Shown here one piece after another: positions 8,904-18,049 of a stretch of 32,000 nt of DNA (position 1 is its first letter; the number at the start of each line of letters is the position of its first letter). The stretch spans positions 1,410,001-1,442,000 of the forward strand of contig FP565575.1 in NCBI GenBank assembly GCA_000091165.1. The letters run 5' to 3'. The DNA is from Candidatus Methylomirabilis oxygeniifera. GTDB lineage: Bacteria > Methylomirabilota > Methylomirabilia > Methylomirabilales > Methylomirabilaceae. A model generated the notes under the pieces. The model saw nothing but the letters and a program-made list of their open reading frames with translations. It ran no database searches and was not told the origin of the DNA. Made by a program: the position numbers and the translations under genes.

Positions 8904-9929
8904 ATGGAGCGATGGGTACGAGGCATGCTGATCGCTGCTGCCCTGCTGCTTATCGGCGGCGTTGTTAGTCGAAGTGTGGCGCAGGGACCGTACAAACTTA
9001 CACTACCCTTGGGGCTGCAGAAAGAGGCTGCCTACGTCCCTCCGGATAATCCGCTCACAGCAGAAAAGATCGAACTCGGGCGACAACTGTTCTTTGACGG
9101 TCGACTCTCTGCGGATGGAACCGTGTCCTGCGCCACCTGCCACGCGCCGGATAACGGGTTTTCAGACGGACGGCCGACCTCTATAGGGATTAAGGGACAG
9201 GTAGGCAGCCGCAACGCACCCACCACGGTCAATCGTCTCTTCAGCCAGGAGCAGTTCTGGGATGGTCGGGCCGCTTCACTGGAAGAGCAGGCGCTGGGTC
9301 CGATCAAGAATCCTATCGAGATGGGCAATACGCTAAACGGGATGACGGCCACGCTTTCTTCGATTAAAGGATACCGCGAGCAGTTCAAACGGGTATTTGG
9401 GACAGACGTCAACGCAGCGGGTGTGGCGAAGGCTATCGCGGCATTCGAGCGGAGCCTGGTGTGCGGCAATTCGGCATTCGACAGATATGAAGACGGCGAC
9501 GACGCGGCGCTCTCAGAGAGTGAGCAGCGAGGACTTGAGATCTTTCGGGAGAGAGGCAATTGCGCACGATGCCACACCGGCTTTGCATTTACCGATGAGC
9601 GGTACCACAACATCGGCGTAGGTATGGACACGTCGAACCCGGATCTCGGACGGTATGCAATGACCAGGAAAGAATCGGACAAGGGAGCGTTTAAGACGCC
9701 GACCCTGCGCGATATCGCCGCCAGCGCCCCCTATTTCCACGACGGAAGCACCAAGAGCCTGGACGATGTCGTCGAGTTCTACGATCGGGGCGGCACGAAG
9801 AACCCGAACCTGTCGAACGAGATCAAACGACTTCTCTTGTCGGCCCCGGAAAAAGCCGACCTTGTGGCGTTTCTGAAATCACTGAGCTGCCCGGATCTCA
9901 AGGTAGCCGCGCCCACTCTACCGAAGTAG
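8904..9929 (+). CDS. Di-heme cytochrome c peroxidase, MauG/CcpA family (paralog of 4177..5211)
   Basis: CATCH and CARCH motifs; near-parallel sequence to the 4177 gene (GLQKEAAYVPPDNPLTAEKIELGRQLFFDGRLSADGTVSCATCHAPDNGFSDGRPTS...). Confidence 0.92.
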   Translation: MERWVRGMLIAAALLLIGGVVSRSVAQGPYKLTLPLGLQKEAAYVPPDNPLTAEKIELGRQLFFDGRLSADGTVSCATCHAPDNGFSDGRPTSIGIKGQVGSRNAPTTVNRLFSQEQFWDGRAASLEEQALGPIKNPIEMGNTLNGMTATLSSIKGYREQFKRVFGTDVNAAGVAKAIAAFERSLVCGNSAFDRYEDGDDAALSESEQRGLEIFRERGNCARCHTGFAFTDERYHNIGVGMDTSNPDLGRYAMTRKESDKGAFKTPTLRDIAASAPYFHDGSTKSLDDVVEFYDRGGTKNPNLSNEIKRLLLSAPEKADLVAFLKSLSCPDLKVAAPTLPK

Positions 9930-9932
9930 TTT

Positions 9933-9995
9933 AGGCTGAAGACTGAAGGCTTTTGGGTAAATCCATTACCTCTTGATATCTTCAGTCTTCAGCCT
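9933..9995. terminator. Inverted repeat between convergent genes; possible bidirectional terminator
   Basis: Perfect 16-bp arms AGGCTGAAGACTGAAG (9933-9948) and CTTCAGTCTTCAGCCT (9980-9995), followed by GGCCTGTTTTTA; 31-nt loop is long. Confidence 0.45.
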
Positions 9996-10014
9996 ACGGC
10001 CTGTTTTTATCGAC

Positions 10015-12690
10015 CTACTTCTCCCCCATCTCTTTGATCTTCACCTGCCTCTTCAGAACGGCATGGGCCGCCGCCAGCTTGGCGATGGGAACACGGTACG
10101 GGGAGCAGCTTACGTAATCCAGGCCCAACCGGTGACAGAGATCGACGGAGTTGGGCTCGCCCCCATGCTCCCCGCAGATACCGACCTCCAACTGTGGCTT
10201 GGCCCGGCGACCTTTTTCTATGCCGATCCGCATGAGCGCCCCCACTCCCTCTTCGTCGAGAACGGCGAACGGGTCCGTCGGAAGGATGCCCTGTTCCAAA
10301 TACAGGGGCAGGAACCGGCCGGCGTCGTCGCGTGAGAAGCCGAAGGTCGTCTGGGTCAGGTCGTTCGTGCCGAAGGAGAAGAAATCGGCCGCCTCGGCAA
10401 TCTGATCGGCCACCAGCACCGCCCTTGGGAGCTCGATCATGGTCCCCACAAGGTAGCGAACCTTCACCCGATACTCCTTCATCACCTCTCGAGCCACCCG
10501 GTCCACAATCTCCCGCTGAAGCCGCAGCTCTTTCACGTGGCCGACAAGAGGAATCATGATCTCCGGGAATGGACGCTTCCCTTCCCGTTTGAGTTCGCAG
10601 GCCGCCTCAAAGATCGCCCGCGCCTGCATCTCGGTAATCTCAGGATGGCTGATCCCGAGACGACAACCACGATGGCCCAGCATCGGATTAAACTCGTGAA
10701 GGATGCGAACCTTTTCCTTGAGCGCCTCCTCCGATACCCCCATGTGCTCAGCGACCTTTCGAATCTCCTCGTCCTTTCTCGGGAGGAACTCATGCAATGG
10801 GGGATCCAATGTCCTGATAATCACAGGGAGCCCGTTCATGATCTCGAAGATCGCCTTGAAGTCCTGCTTCTGCATCGGCAGCAGCTTGGCCAAAGCCTTC
10901 CGCCGCTCGTCAGCGTCCTTCGCGAGGATCATCTCTCGCACGGCCACGATCCGATCTCCCTCGAAGAACATGTGTTCGGTCCGACAGAGTCCTATTCCTT
11001 CGGCCCCGAACTGTCGCGTGACCCGAGCATCTGTCGGCGTATCGGCGTTGGTCCTGATACCGATCTTCCGAAAGCCGTCCGCCCACCCGATCAGGGCGCC
11101 GAACTCACCAGTCAGTTCCTCAGGTTGGGTCAGCTCCACCTCTCCGATAATGACATCTCCCGTCGTACCATCGATCGTGATCGAGTCTCCCCGTCGGACA
11201 GTCAGATTCGCCACTTGGAAGTACCCGTCTTCCTCATTGACGAAGATGTCGGTGCAGCCGGCAACGCAGGCTTTCCCCATACCGCGAGCCACCACAGCGG
11301 CATGGCTGGTCAGGCCTCCCCGAGCCGTGAGGATCCCCTGGGCAGCCACCATCCCCGCGATATCCTCCGGAGAGGTTTCGGGTCTGACCAGAACGACCTT
11401 CTCGCGCCGCTCCGCGGCCTCGACCGCCTCCTCCGCCGTAAAGACCGCCTTCCCGACGGCGGCGCCAGGTGAAGCCGGCAGGCCCTTCGCAATCGTGCGG
11501 ACCTGTAACTTCGGATCGATCCTTGGGTGCAGCAGTTGTTCGAGTTGCCACGGCTCCACCCGCAGGACGGCCATCTTTCGGTCAATCAGACGCTCCTTCG
11601 CCATATCCACGGCAATCTTGATGGCGGCGTGGGCCGTCCTTTTGCCGACGCGACACTGCAGCATGTAGAGCGTTCCGTTCTCGATGGTGAACTCAATGTC
11701 CATCATGTCGCGATAATGGCGCTCCAGGGTCCGGCAAATCCGCTCGAACTCTCGGTAGACGCGAGGCCAGGCCTCCTTCAGGTCCGTAATGGGGCGTGGC
11801 GTCCTGATGCCCGCCACCACATCTTCGCCTTGGGCATTCTGGAGAAACTCGCCGTAGATCCGCCGCTCCCCGATCGACGGATCGCGGGTAAAGGCCACGC
11901 CCGTTCCGGAGTCTTCGCCCAGATTGCCGAAGACCATCGCCTGCACGTTGACGGCAGTACCCCAGTCATCCGGTACCTTGTAGATCCGCCGATACTCAAT
12001 CGCCCGCTTATTGTGCCACGACTCGAACACGGCGCTGATCGCCAGGCGAAGCTGTTCCTTGGGATCCTGCGGAAACTCCTGGTCCGCCTCCCGCCGCACC
12101 ACCTCTTTGAACTGCTCCACCAACTCCATGAGATCCTCAGCCGTCAGTTCCGTATCGGCCGTCACCCGTTTCTTCCGTTTCATCTCGCTGAGGAGTCCTT
12201 CAAATGCCGTCTTTTTGATACCCAGCACCACGTCTCCGAACATCTGGAGCAGTCGTCGGTAGCTGTCATAGGCAAAGCGGGGATTTTGAGAACGTCTGAT
12301 GAGACCCTGAACCGTCTTGTCGTTTAACCCCAGGTTCAAGACGGTATCCATCATTCCGGGCATTGAGATTCTCGCGCCTGAACGGACGGAAACCAGGAGG
12401 GGGTCTTTCAAATCGCCGAACCGCTTCCCCATGGCGCGTTCCAGCTTGGCGACTTGCGTCTCGACCTCGGACCAGAGCCCGCGCGGGAAGCGTCGGCCCT
12501 GCTTGAAGTATTCGATGCAGGTGTCGGTTGAGATGGTAAAGCCGGGCGGTACGGGGATCTTGAGGGCGGTCATTTCATGGAGATTCGCCCCTTTTCCCCC
12601 AAGAAGATTCTTCTGCTCCGCTCTGCCTTCCGCCCGACCCTTTCCAAAAAAGTACGTATATTTCTTTGCCATTCCCTTTGTCTCCCCCAT
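10015..12690 (-). CDS. ppdK: Pyruvate, phosphate dikinase
   Basis: KKYTYFFGKGRAEG...LLGGKGANLHEMTALKIPVPPGFTI, GGLTSHAAVVARGMGKACVAG, and C-terminal VGICGEHGGEPNSVDLCHRLGLDYVSCSPYRVPIAKLAAAHA. Start may be at the second Met (MAKKYTYFF). Confidence 0.97.
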   Translation of the reverse strand: MGETKGMAKKYTYFFGKGRAEGRAEQKNLLGGKGANLHEMTALKIPVPPGFTISTDTCIEYFKQGRRFPRGLWSEVETQVAKLERAMGKRFGDLKDPLLVSVRSGARISMPGMMDTVLNLGLNDKTVQGLIRRSQNPRFAYDSYRRLLQMFGDVVLGIKKTAFEGLLSEMKRKKRVTADTELTAEDLMELVEQFKEVVRREADQEFPQDPKEQLRLAISAVFESWHNKRAIEYRRIYKVPDDWGTAVNVQAMVFGNLGEDSGTGVAFTRDPSIGERRIYGEFLQNAQGEDVVAGIRTPRPITDLKEAWPRVYREFERICRTLERHYRDMMDIEFTIENGTLYMLQCRVGKRTAHAAIKIAVDMAKERLIDRKMAVLRVEPWQLEQLLHPRIDPKLQVRTIAKGLPASPGAAVGKAVFTAEEAVEAAERREKVVLVRPETSPEDIAGMVAAQGILTARGGLTSHAAVVARGMGKACVAGCTDIFVNEEDGYFQVANLTVRRGDSITIDGTTGDVIIGEVELTQPEELTGEFGALIGWADGFRKIGIRTNADTPTDARVTRQFGAEGIGLCRTEHMFFEGDRIVAVREMILAKDADERRKALAKLLPMQKQDFKAIFEIMNGLPVIIRTLDPPLHEFLPRKDEEIRKVAEHMGVSEEALKEKVRILHEFNPMLGHRGCRLGISHPEITEMQARAIFEAACELKREGKRPFPEIMIPLVGHVKELRLQREIVDRVAREVMKEYRVKVRYLVGTMIELPRAVLVADQIAEAADFFSFGTNDLTQTTFGFSRDDAGRFLPLYLEQGILPTDPFAVLDEEGVGALMRIGIEKGRRAKPQLEVGICGEHGGEPNSVDLCHRLGLDYVSCSPYRVPIAKLAAAHAVLKRQVKIKEMGEK

Positions 12691-12725
12691 GAGTTTGGAC
12701 TATGACATCAGACGATAGACGCCGA

Positions 12726-12852
12726 GGGTGGGCGGCGGTTAGCAATGCGTCGTCGCTGGTCGGCGAAGCACGGACAGCGCAGCCGACCAGCGCCGATTCG
12801 AGCCGTACAGGGACGTACGGCGAGATTAAGCGGAGTCAACTGCCGCCCACCC
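12726..12852. other. Structured three-armed intergenic element
   Basis: Outer 15-bp stem 12726-12740/12838-12852 (one G-T), inner perfect 11-bp stem CGCTGGTCGGC/GCCGACCAGCG (12754-12764/12782-12792) and 7-bp stem GCCGTAC/GTACGGC (12802-12808/12815-12821). Confidence 0.6.
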
Positions 12853-12888
12853 CTGAGCCATAACCAGTAGACTCCGTAGTGAGCCCGA

Positions 12889-13614
12889 CTACTGCTTCGT
12901 CAGTTCGACGTTCAGCTTTGTCTCCTGCTTTGCCTTGACGACGACGTCCTGGACCTTCTTGCCCAGCGTCTCCTGCCAGACCTCGAGTTTATAGCTGCCC
13001 GGCGGAACATCGCTCAGAGTAAACTCGCCTTTGTCGTTGGTGACCGCCACATACGGATGGTCGGACACAACGACCCAGCCGAGCATCCAGCTATGAGCAT
13101 CGCAGGTCACCTTGACAATCTCCGGTTTCGCAAATTTTTCAGTCAACACCTTCTTGAATTTCGGCTGAGCCTTGTTGATCGACGAGTTCGCCTTGCTGTA
13201 GGTATGAATATTATGGAGAATCCCGTCATTGTTCAGGATCTCCAGTTCGCCGGCGGCGGGCATGACCACGACATGCGGCTCGTAGACGCACCCGTTTTGA
13301 TCCAGCGTGGCTTTCGTGATCGTCCACTTCTTCCCAGTTTTCATATCCAGCAGACTCACCACGGCATTTTCAATCCCTTTGTTCGGACCCACTATGAGAT
13401 CATAGCTCAGGTGCTGTTTTTTCCCGCACACTTCTTTGTCCTTCGTCACCTGGAGCTCTTTCCGCGCCGGTGCAGTCCCGGCAAACTTGATGGTACCGGT
13501 GATGGTCCCGCCGTCTTTGATCTCGCCGCCCTCGTAAGCTGAAACCTGAGCGGCAGTCCCAATGAACAAGCTCGCCACCACAGTCGCTGCAAGCATTCCG
13601 CGTATCCTGTACAT
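12889..13614 (-). CDS. Secreted cupredoxin-like / carboxypeptidase-regulatory-like domain protein (paralog of 5417..6142)
   Basis: GGTITGTIKFAGTAPA, KDKEVCGK, IVKVTCDAHSWMLGWVVVSDHPYVAVTNDKGEFTLSDVPPGSYKLEVWQE; signal peptide. Confidence 0.75.
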   Translation of the reverse strand: MYRIRGMLAATVVASLFIGTAAQVSAYEGGEIKDGGTITGTIKFAGTAPARKELQVTKDKEVCGKKQHLSYDLIVGPNKGIENAVVSLLDMKTGKKWTITKATLDQNGCVYEPHVVVMPAAGELEILNNDGILHNIHTYSKANSSINKAQPKFKKVLTEKFAKPEIVKVTCDAHSWMLGWVVVSDHPYVAVTNDKGEFTLSDVPPGSYKLEVWQETLGKKVQDVVVKAKQETKLNVELTKQ

Positions 13615-13684
13615 CGAACATCGCCTCCTTCTGTAGGTATGTGGCTCAGTGTCGTCGAACTTCTCGGTACGCCGATAGTATAAA

Positions 13685-16333
13685 TCAGTTCTCGCCAGAG
13701 CGCATCAGGTATTCCGTGATCGCCTGGATCTGTCGGTCCTCCTTACCCTCGAGGATATCTTCCGGACCGCCAGGATAGTAACTGGGCATCTTGGTCCCGG
13801 GCTGGATCTTCTGCGGATCCTTCAGCCACTTGCTCATCCAGATCGGCCGCAAGCGGCGCTTGGCCAGACCGAGATCGGGCGCCCAGTTTTCCGTCGGGCC
13901 CTCGGGTTTTTTCTCGCCCTGCTGGTGACAGGTAAAACAGTCAAAATAGTCCTTCGACATCAGCAATCGACCGGCCTTCACAAGCTCCGGGGATGACTCT
14001 TCCACCGAGACATACTCATAGGGGACCTGCTGCTTCCCCATTACCGCAAAATACTTGGTTAAGGCGGTCGCCTCCTCGATCGTCAGCCCGAAGGTCGGCA
14101 TCCGGACGTCGAGCCACGGCCGAAGCGGGATCGGCCGCCCCAGGAACTGGTACAGCCAAGTCGCTTGGACCTTCTCTCCTTCATGCATCATCCCCACTTC
14201 GAGAGGAGGTGGGACCCTGGTCTCATTGGCGTAAAAGGCCGCAATGGCGCCGCCCTGTCCCTCAATGACGTGACATCCGTTGCAGTTGTAGCGTTTCACA
14301 AGAGTTCGTCCGTCCTGAATGGTTCGCTCTTCGTCCGACAGTCCCCTTTGGAATTGCGGCTGGACACGCTCGGTGCTGAGACTTTTCAAGTAGACCATCA
14401 GTGTCTTCGCCTGGTCATCGGTAAAACCGAAGTTCGGCATCAACTGTTCTACCCGTTCGGTGGCATAGATCCCGGGATCCTTCAGTTTCCAGAACGTGTA
14501 ATCCTGCCAGGTCTGCTTCACCTGAACCGCCTCGCCGAAGAAGAGCTCCAGCAATCGCTTTCGGCTGAAGTTACTGAGATCCGGCGCAATCTTCTCCGAC
14601 GTCTCAAATCCCTTGATTTCGTGGCAGCCGAAACATCCCCGCTTACGGATCAGACGCTCACCCGCCGCGATTCGCTCGACTCTCCTCACTTCTCGCTCCA
14701 CACCCGCAACGCTTTGTTTCTGTCCCAGCGTCATCAGAAAGGCGGTGACTGCCCGCGCCTCGTCGTCTGAGAGACGCAGATCAGGCATCCGGGTTGTGGG
14801 CCGAAACTGCTTCGGATTCTTGAGCCAATCGAAGAGCCAGTTCGCGTTGACCTTGCCGGCGATCCTTGAGAGATCCGGTGCGAAATCCTGATCCTCGGGC
14901 TGGGGGGGCGGGGTGAACGCCGAGGTAGGCGTATCGGTGGGCGATACCGCGGGTGCACCGGCAGACGGAGCCTTCGTCTCGAAACCAGGAATCCGGTGGC
15001 AGCCAAGGCAACCGACCGTACCCACGATCTCTCGCCCGCGTTCGACGGATGCGGGCGTTCTCACCGTACCCTTACGAGCCGGCGTCGGCTGGGATGTGCG
15101 GAGAAGATAGGCCGAGATGTTCACTGCGTCTTCATCCGTCAGATCAAAATGAGGCATCCTCGTCTTGGGCAGATATCCTCTCGGCTTCTTGATCCACCGG
15201 ACCAGCCAATTCGGATCGACCTTGTCGGCGATCCGAGTCAGATCCGGCCCGACCTTCTGGGCCTTCTCGAATCCCGCTATCGTATGACAGCCGAAGCAGC
15301 CGAGTTCCTCCACCATCTGCCGCCCGCGCGAATAGACAGGCGCCAGCGCAAACTCCTTCCTGTCGGTATGGCATTTCCGACAACTCGTCTGCACGAAGTC
15401 GCCGCGCAGCAACGGGCGGTCCCAGTGAGACACCTCGCCGTGCGCCGCATCGACGTCGAGAGTCGGCCCCTGGCCCTGATGACACGCGGTACAACCAAAG
15501 CGGGTCATCTCGTGATTGCCGAACAGGACCTCTCGATGCGGATGCGTACGAAACGGCTGTTCAGCCTGTTCGAAACCGACTCGATCGATCGCAAGATGAC
15601 AGGTTGTACATCGATCGACGGTAAGAATCGGCACCTTGAACTCGTTGGTCGCCAGACCCTCGACTACGATCTGCTTGACCTCTGGCGATCGAGCTCCGAT
15701 AGCCTCCAGACGTCGCTCAAGGGCGGTGACCGGCGCGCTGAACTCCCCTATCCTGCTCTGAACGGTATCGACATCGGCCAGAAACCGTTTGACACCCTTC
15801 CGAGCCTCCTCGACCTGCGCTCCCAGTCTATCCGCCTGCGCCGTCAGCTCCCGTAACTGCTTCTCCAGTGCCGCCACCTTGGCTCGGAATTCTGCGGGAT
15901 CCTTTTTTGTATGAACGGCATGTTCTACCCAGTAGAGCGCTTCATCCAGCTCGCTCTTGACGAACTGCGCCTTCACGTTGATCTCGACCTGCTCGGTCTC
16001 GCGTTGTACCAACAGTTGCTGCGCCTTGACCGCCTCTGGTCCGGCCAGCCTGGCCTGCGCGGACTTCAGGTCCTGCTGCAGCTTCGCGATGGCAGCCTGA
16101 GTGTCCGGCATATCGAGCCGTGCTCGCTCCTTGGCAAGTTCCCGAGCGATCTGTTCGGACTCCAGCCGATTGAACTGTTGCTGATGGGCCTTCCACGGAC
16201 GCCTGGTCTTCCCCTCATCCCAGACGGCCCAGACCGCTACCGACAGAAAGAGCATGCTCGAAATAAAAAACAGGACCCGTAAGGACCGCTGCTCTACCAG
16301 CTTACTCGTGCGCCACTCTCTCCACGACCGCAC
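13685..16333 (-). CDS. Octaheme c-type cytochrome subunit of a cytochrome bc/b6f-like complex
   Basis: N-terminal TM plus coiled coil, then eight CxxCH motifs: CTTCH, CTACH, CRKCH, CFGCH, CLGCH, CFGCH, CNGCH, CFTCH; repeated TRMPxxxLTDDEA Met motifs; just downstream of cytochrome b genes on the same strand. Confidence 0.85.
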   Translation of the reverse strand: MRSWREWRTSKLVEQRSLRVLFFISSMLFLSVAVWAVWDEGKTRRPWKAHQQQFNRLESEQIARELAKERARLDMPDTQAAIAKLQQDLKSAQARLAGPEAVKAQQLLVQRETEQVEINVKAQFVKSELDEALYWVEHAVHTKKDPAEFRAKVAALEKQLRELTAQADRLGAQVEEARKGVKRFLADVDTVQSRIGEFSAPVTALERRLEAIGARSPEVKQIVVEGLATNEFKVPILTVDRCTTCHLAIDRVGFEQAEQPFRTHPHREVLFGNHEMTRFGCTACHQGQGPTLDVDAAHGEVSHWDRPLLRGDFVQTSCRKCHTDRKEFALAPVYSRGRQMVEELGCFGCHTIAGFEKAQKVGPDLTRIADKVDPNWLVRWIKKPRGYLPKTRMPHFDLTDEDAVNISAYLLRTSQPTPARKGTVRTPASVERGREIVGTVGCLGCHRIPGFETKAPSAGAPAVSPTDTPTSAFTPPPQPEDQDFAPDLSRIAGKVNANWLFDWLKNPKQFRPTTRMPDLRLSDDEARAVTAFLMTLGQKQSVAGVEREVRRVERIAAGERLIRKRGCFGCHEIKGFETSEKIAPDLSNFSRKRLLELFFGEAVQVKQTWQDYTFWKLKDPGIYATERVEQLMPNFGFTDDQAKTLMVYLKSLSTERVQPQFQRGLSDEERTIQDGRTLVKRYNCNGCHVIEGQGGAIAAFYANETRVPPPLEVGMMHEGEKVQATWLYQFLGRPIPLRPWLDVRMPTFGLTIEEATALTKYFAVMGKQQVPYEYVSVEESSPELVKAGRLLMSKDYFDCFTCHQQGEKKPEGPTENWAPDLGLAKRRLRPIWMSKWLKDPQKIQPGTKMPSYYPGGPEDILEGKEDRQIQAITEYLMRSGEN

Positions 16334-16354
16334 CGGGCATCCTCGATTATGGCG

Positions 16355-17179
16355 TTAGATATTGAACCAGGGTGTGACCCAGACATTCTTGATGTTAAAT
16401 GCCAGACGCAAGAACATCTTGATCGGAAGACTCATCATCGTCAAAAAGAGGAAGGCCACGATCCCGTATCGGACAGCTCCCAACAGACGGATCGTGTCGC
16501 TCGTATCCCGCTTTGCGAAGTAATAGACGATCGCTGTGCTGAAGTAGAGCGCAATCAACACCAGCCCTATCAACTCAACCCCGAAGATCTTGGGATTGCC
16601 CATCCACCGAAACGGGCCCCATGCCGGCAAATCGACGTTGGTCAGTGCAATCACCATATGGGGATCCCAGGTCTCCCACGGCCAGAAGAGGTTCCAGCCT
16701 GGGCCCCTGAAGAATACGCCCGTAATGATCAGTGAAATCCAGAGGAAAAAAAAGCCGAACAAAAACGTAAGAATGGCGAAGGGACGCTCCCGAAAGGTGT
16801 AATAACCGTTTCCCTTAGGATTGACATCGACGTATGGGATGATCATGAGCCCGACAATGATCAGGCTGGGCAGGACGACACCGGCAAACCAGGGATCGAA
16901 GTAGACCAGCATCTCCTGAAGTCCCAGAAAATACCACGGCGCCTTGCTCGGATTGGGGGTTCGTGTGGGGTTGGCCGCCTCTTCCAAAGGCGCATCGATC
17001 AGAATCGCCCAGACGGTCAGGATCACCATGACGATAATCGAACAGATAAACTCGTTGCGGACCAAGTAGGGCCAGACGTGGACCCTATCGGCAACCACAG
17101 GGTCTTTCGCGCCGGCCGGTTGCGCAGCCGGTTTCGGCGTTGTGTCCTCTTTTACGTCAGCCATCGCACCACTCGTCAC
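16355..17179 (-). CDS. Cytochrome b C-terminal domain / subunit IV-like protein
   Basis: FICSIIVMVILTVWAILIDAPLEEAANPTRTPNPSKAPWYFLGLQEMLVYFDPWFAGVVLPSLIIVGLMIIPYVD is the subunit IV/cyt b C-terminal signature (PNPSKAPWYFLGLQE). Confidence 0.9.
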   Translation of the reverse strand: MTSGAMADVKEDTTPKPAAQPAGAKDPVVADRVHVWPYLVRNEFICSIIVMVILTVWAILIDAPLEEAANPTRTPNPSKAPWYFLGLQEMLVYFDPWFAGVVLPSLIIVGLMIIPYVDVNPKGNGYYTFRERPFAILTFLFGFFFLWISLIITGVFFRGPGWNLFWPWETWDPHMVIALTNVDLPAWGPFRWMGNPKIFGVELIGLVLIALYFSTAIVYYFAKRDTSDTIRLLGAVRYGIVAFLFLTMMSLPIKMFLRLAFNIKNVWVTPWFNI

Positions 17180-17237
17180 ACGTTATGAATCATCAGGTAC
17201 CGTGCTTCACGTATCACCGAACACTTATCACTTAACA

Positions 17238-18008
17238 CTACAACGGCCCTGAGATCCCCCCGTCTTTTCTGATTCTCCAGAAATGGACGATCATCAGGAG
17301 GCTGATCAGGATCGGCAGAAAGATACAGTGCAACACGTAAAATCTGAGAAGTGCGGAGGGTCCTACAAGCGTACCGCCCAGCAGGAACGCCCTGGCGTCA
17401 TACCGCGACGTAACCCCGACGACCTCACCGAACGGGCCCTCACTCCCGACAAACGGCGTCGCTCTGGCCATATTGGTTCCGACCGTCACGGCCCAGATCG
17501 ACAACTGGTCCCAGGGCAACAGGTAGCCGGTAAAACTCAGCAGCAGCGTGATCGTCAGCAGGATGACTCCGACGACCCAGTTGAACTCTCTCGGCGGTTT
17601 GTACGAACCGGTCATGAATACGCGAAACATATGCAGCCAAACGGTAATCACCATGCCGTGAGCCGCCCACCGATGCATATTGCGCATGATCATCCCGAAC
17701 GGGACGTCGTGTTCCAGGTATTTCATGTCGGCATAGGCGTACTCGGCCACCGGACGATAATAAAACATCAGAATCACACCGGTTACGACCGTAACCAGAA
17801 ACATCAGAAAGGTGATGCCGCCCATGCACCAGGTGAAGCGGACCTTGATGGCATGGCGTCGGATCTTGGGCGGGTGCAGGTGGAGAAAAACATTCGCCAT
17901 GATCTGCAGTACCCGGTTGCGCGGAGTATCCGAGTACTCGTGGCGAAAGATCGAGCGCCAGAGTTGCGACTCGACGATCCGTTTCTTCAGCTCGTTCAGA
18001 TCGAACAT
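17238..18008 (-). CDS. Cytochrome b6 / cytochrome b N-terminal domain
   Basis: [106 protein letters not shown]. Confidence 0.93.
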   Translation of the reverse strand: MFDLNELKKRIVESQLWRSIFRHEYSDTPRNRVLQIMANVFLHLHPPKIRRHAIKVRFTWCMGGITFLMFLVTVVTGVILMFYYRPVAEYAYADMKYLEHDVPFGMIMRNMHRWAAHGMVITVWLHMFRVFMTGSYKPPREFNWVVGVILLTITLLLSFTGYLLPWDQLSIWAVTVGTNMARATPFVGSEGPFGEVVGVTSRYDARAFLLGGTLVGPSALLRFYVLHCIFLPILISLLMIVHFWRIRKDGGISGPL

Positions 18009-18049
18009 TCAGAATCGCACCCTTTCCATCCGGACCGAGAACTTCCAGG

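Noticed and set aside
10537-11472. Plus-strand ORFs (10537-11472, 10703-11668, 11527-12327) over ppdK
   Set aside because: Antisense to the full-length pyruvate phosphate dikinase.
14996-15856. 286-aa plus-strand ORF and other plus ORFs over 13.7-18.1 kb
   Set aside because: Antisense to the octaheme cytochrome and cytochrome b genes.
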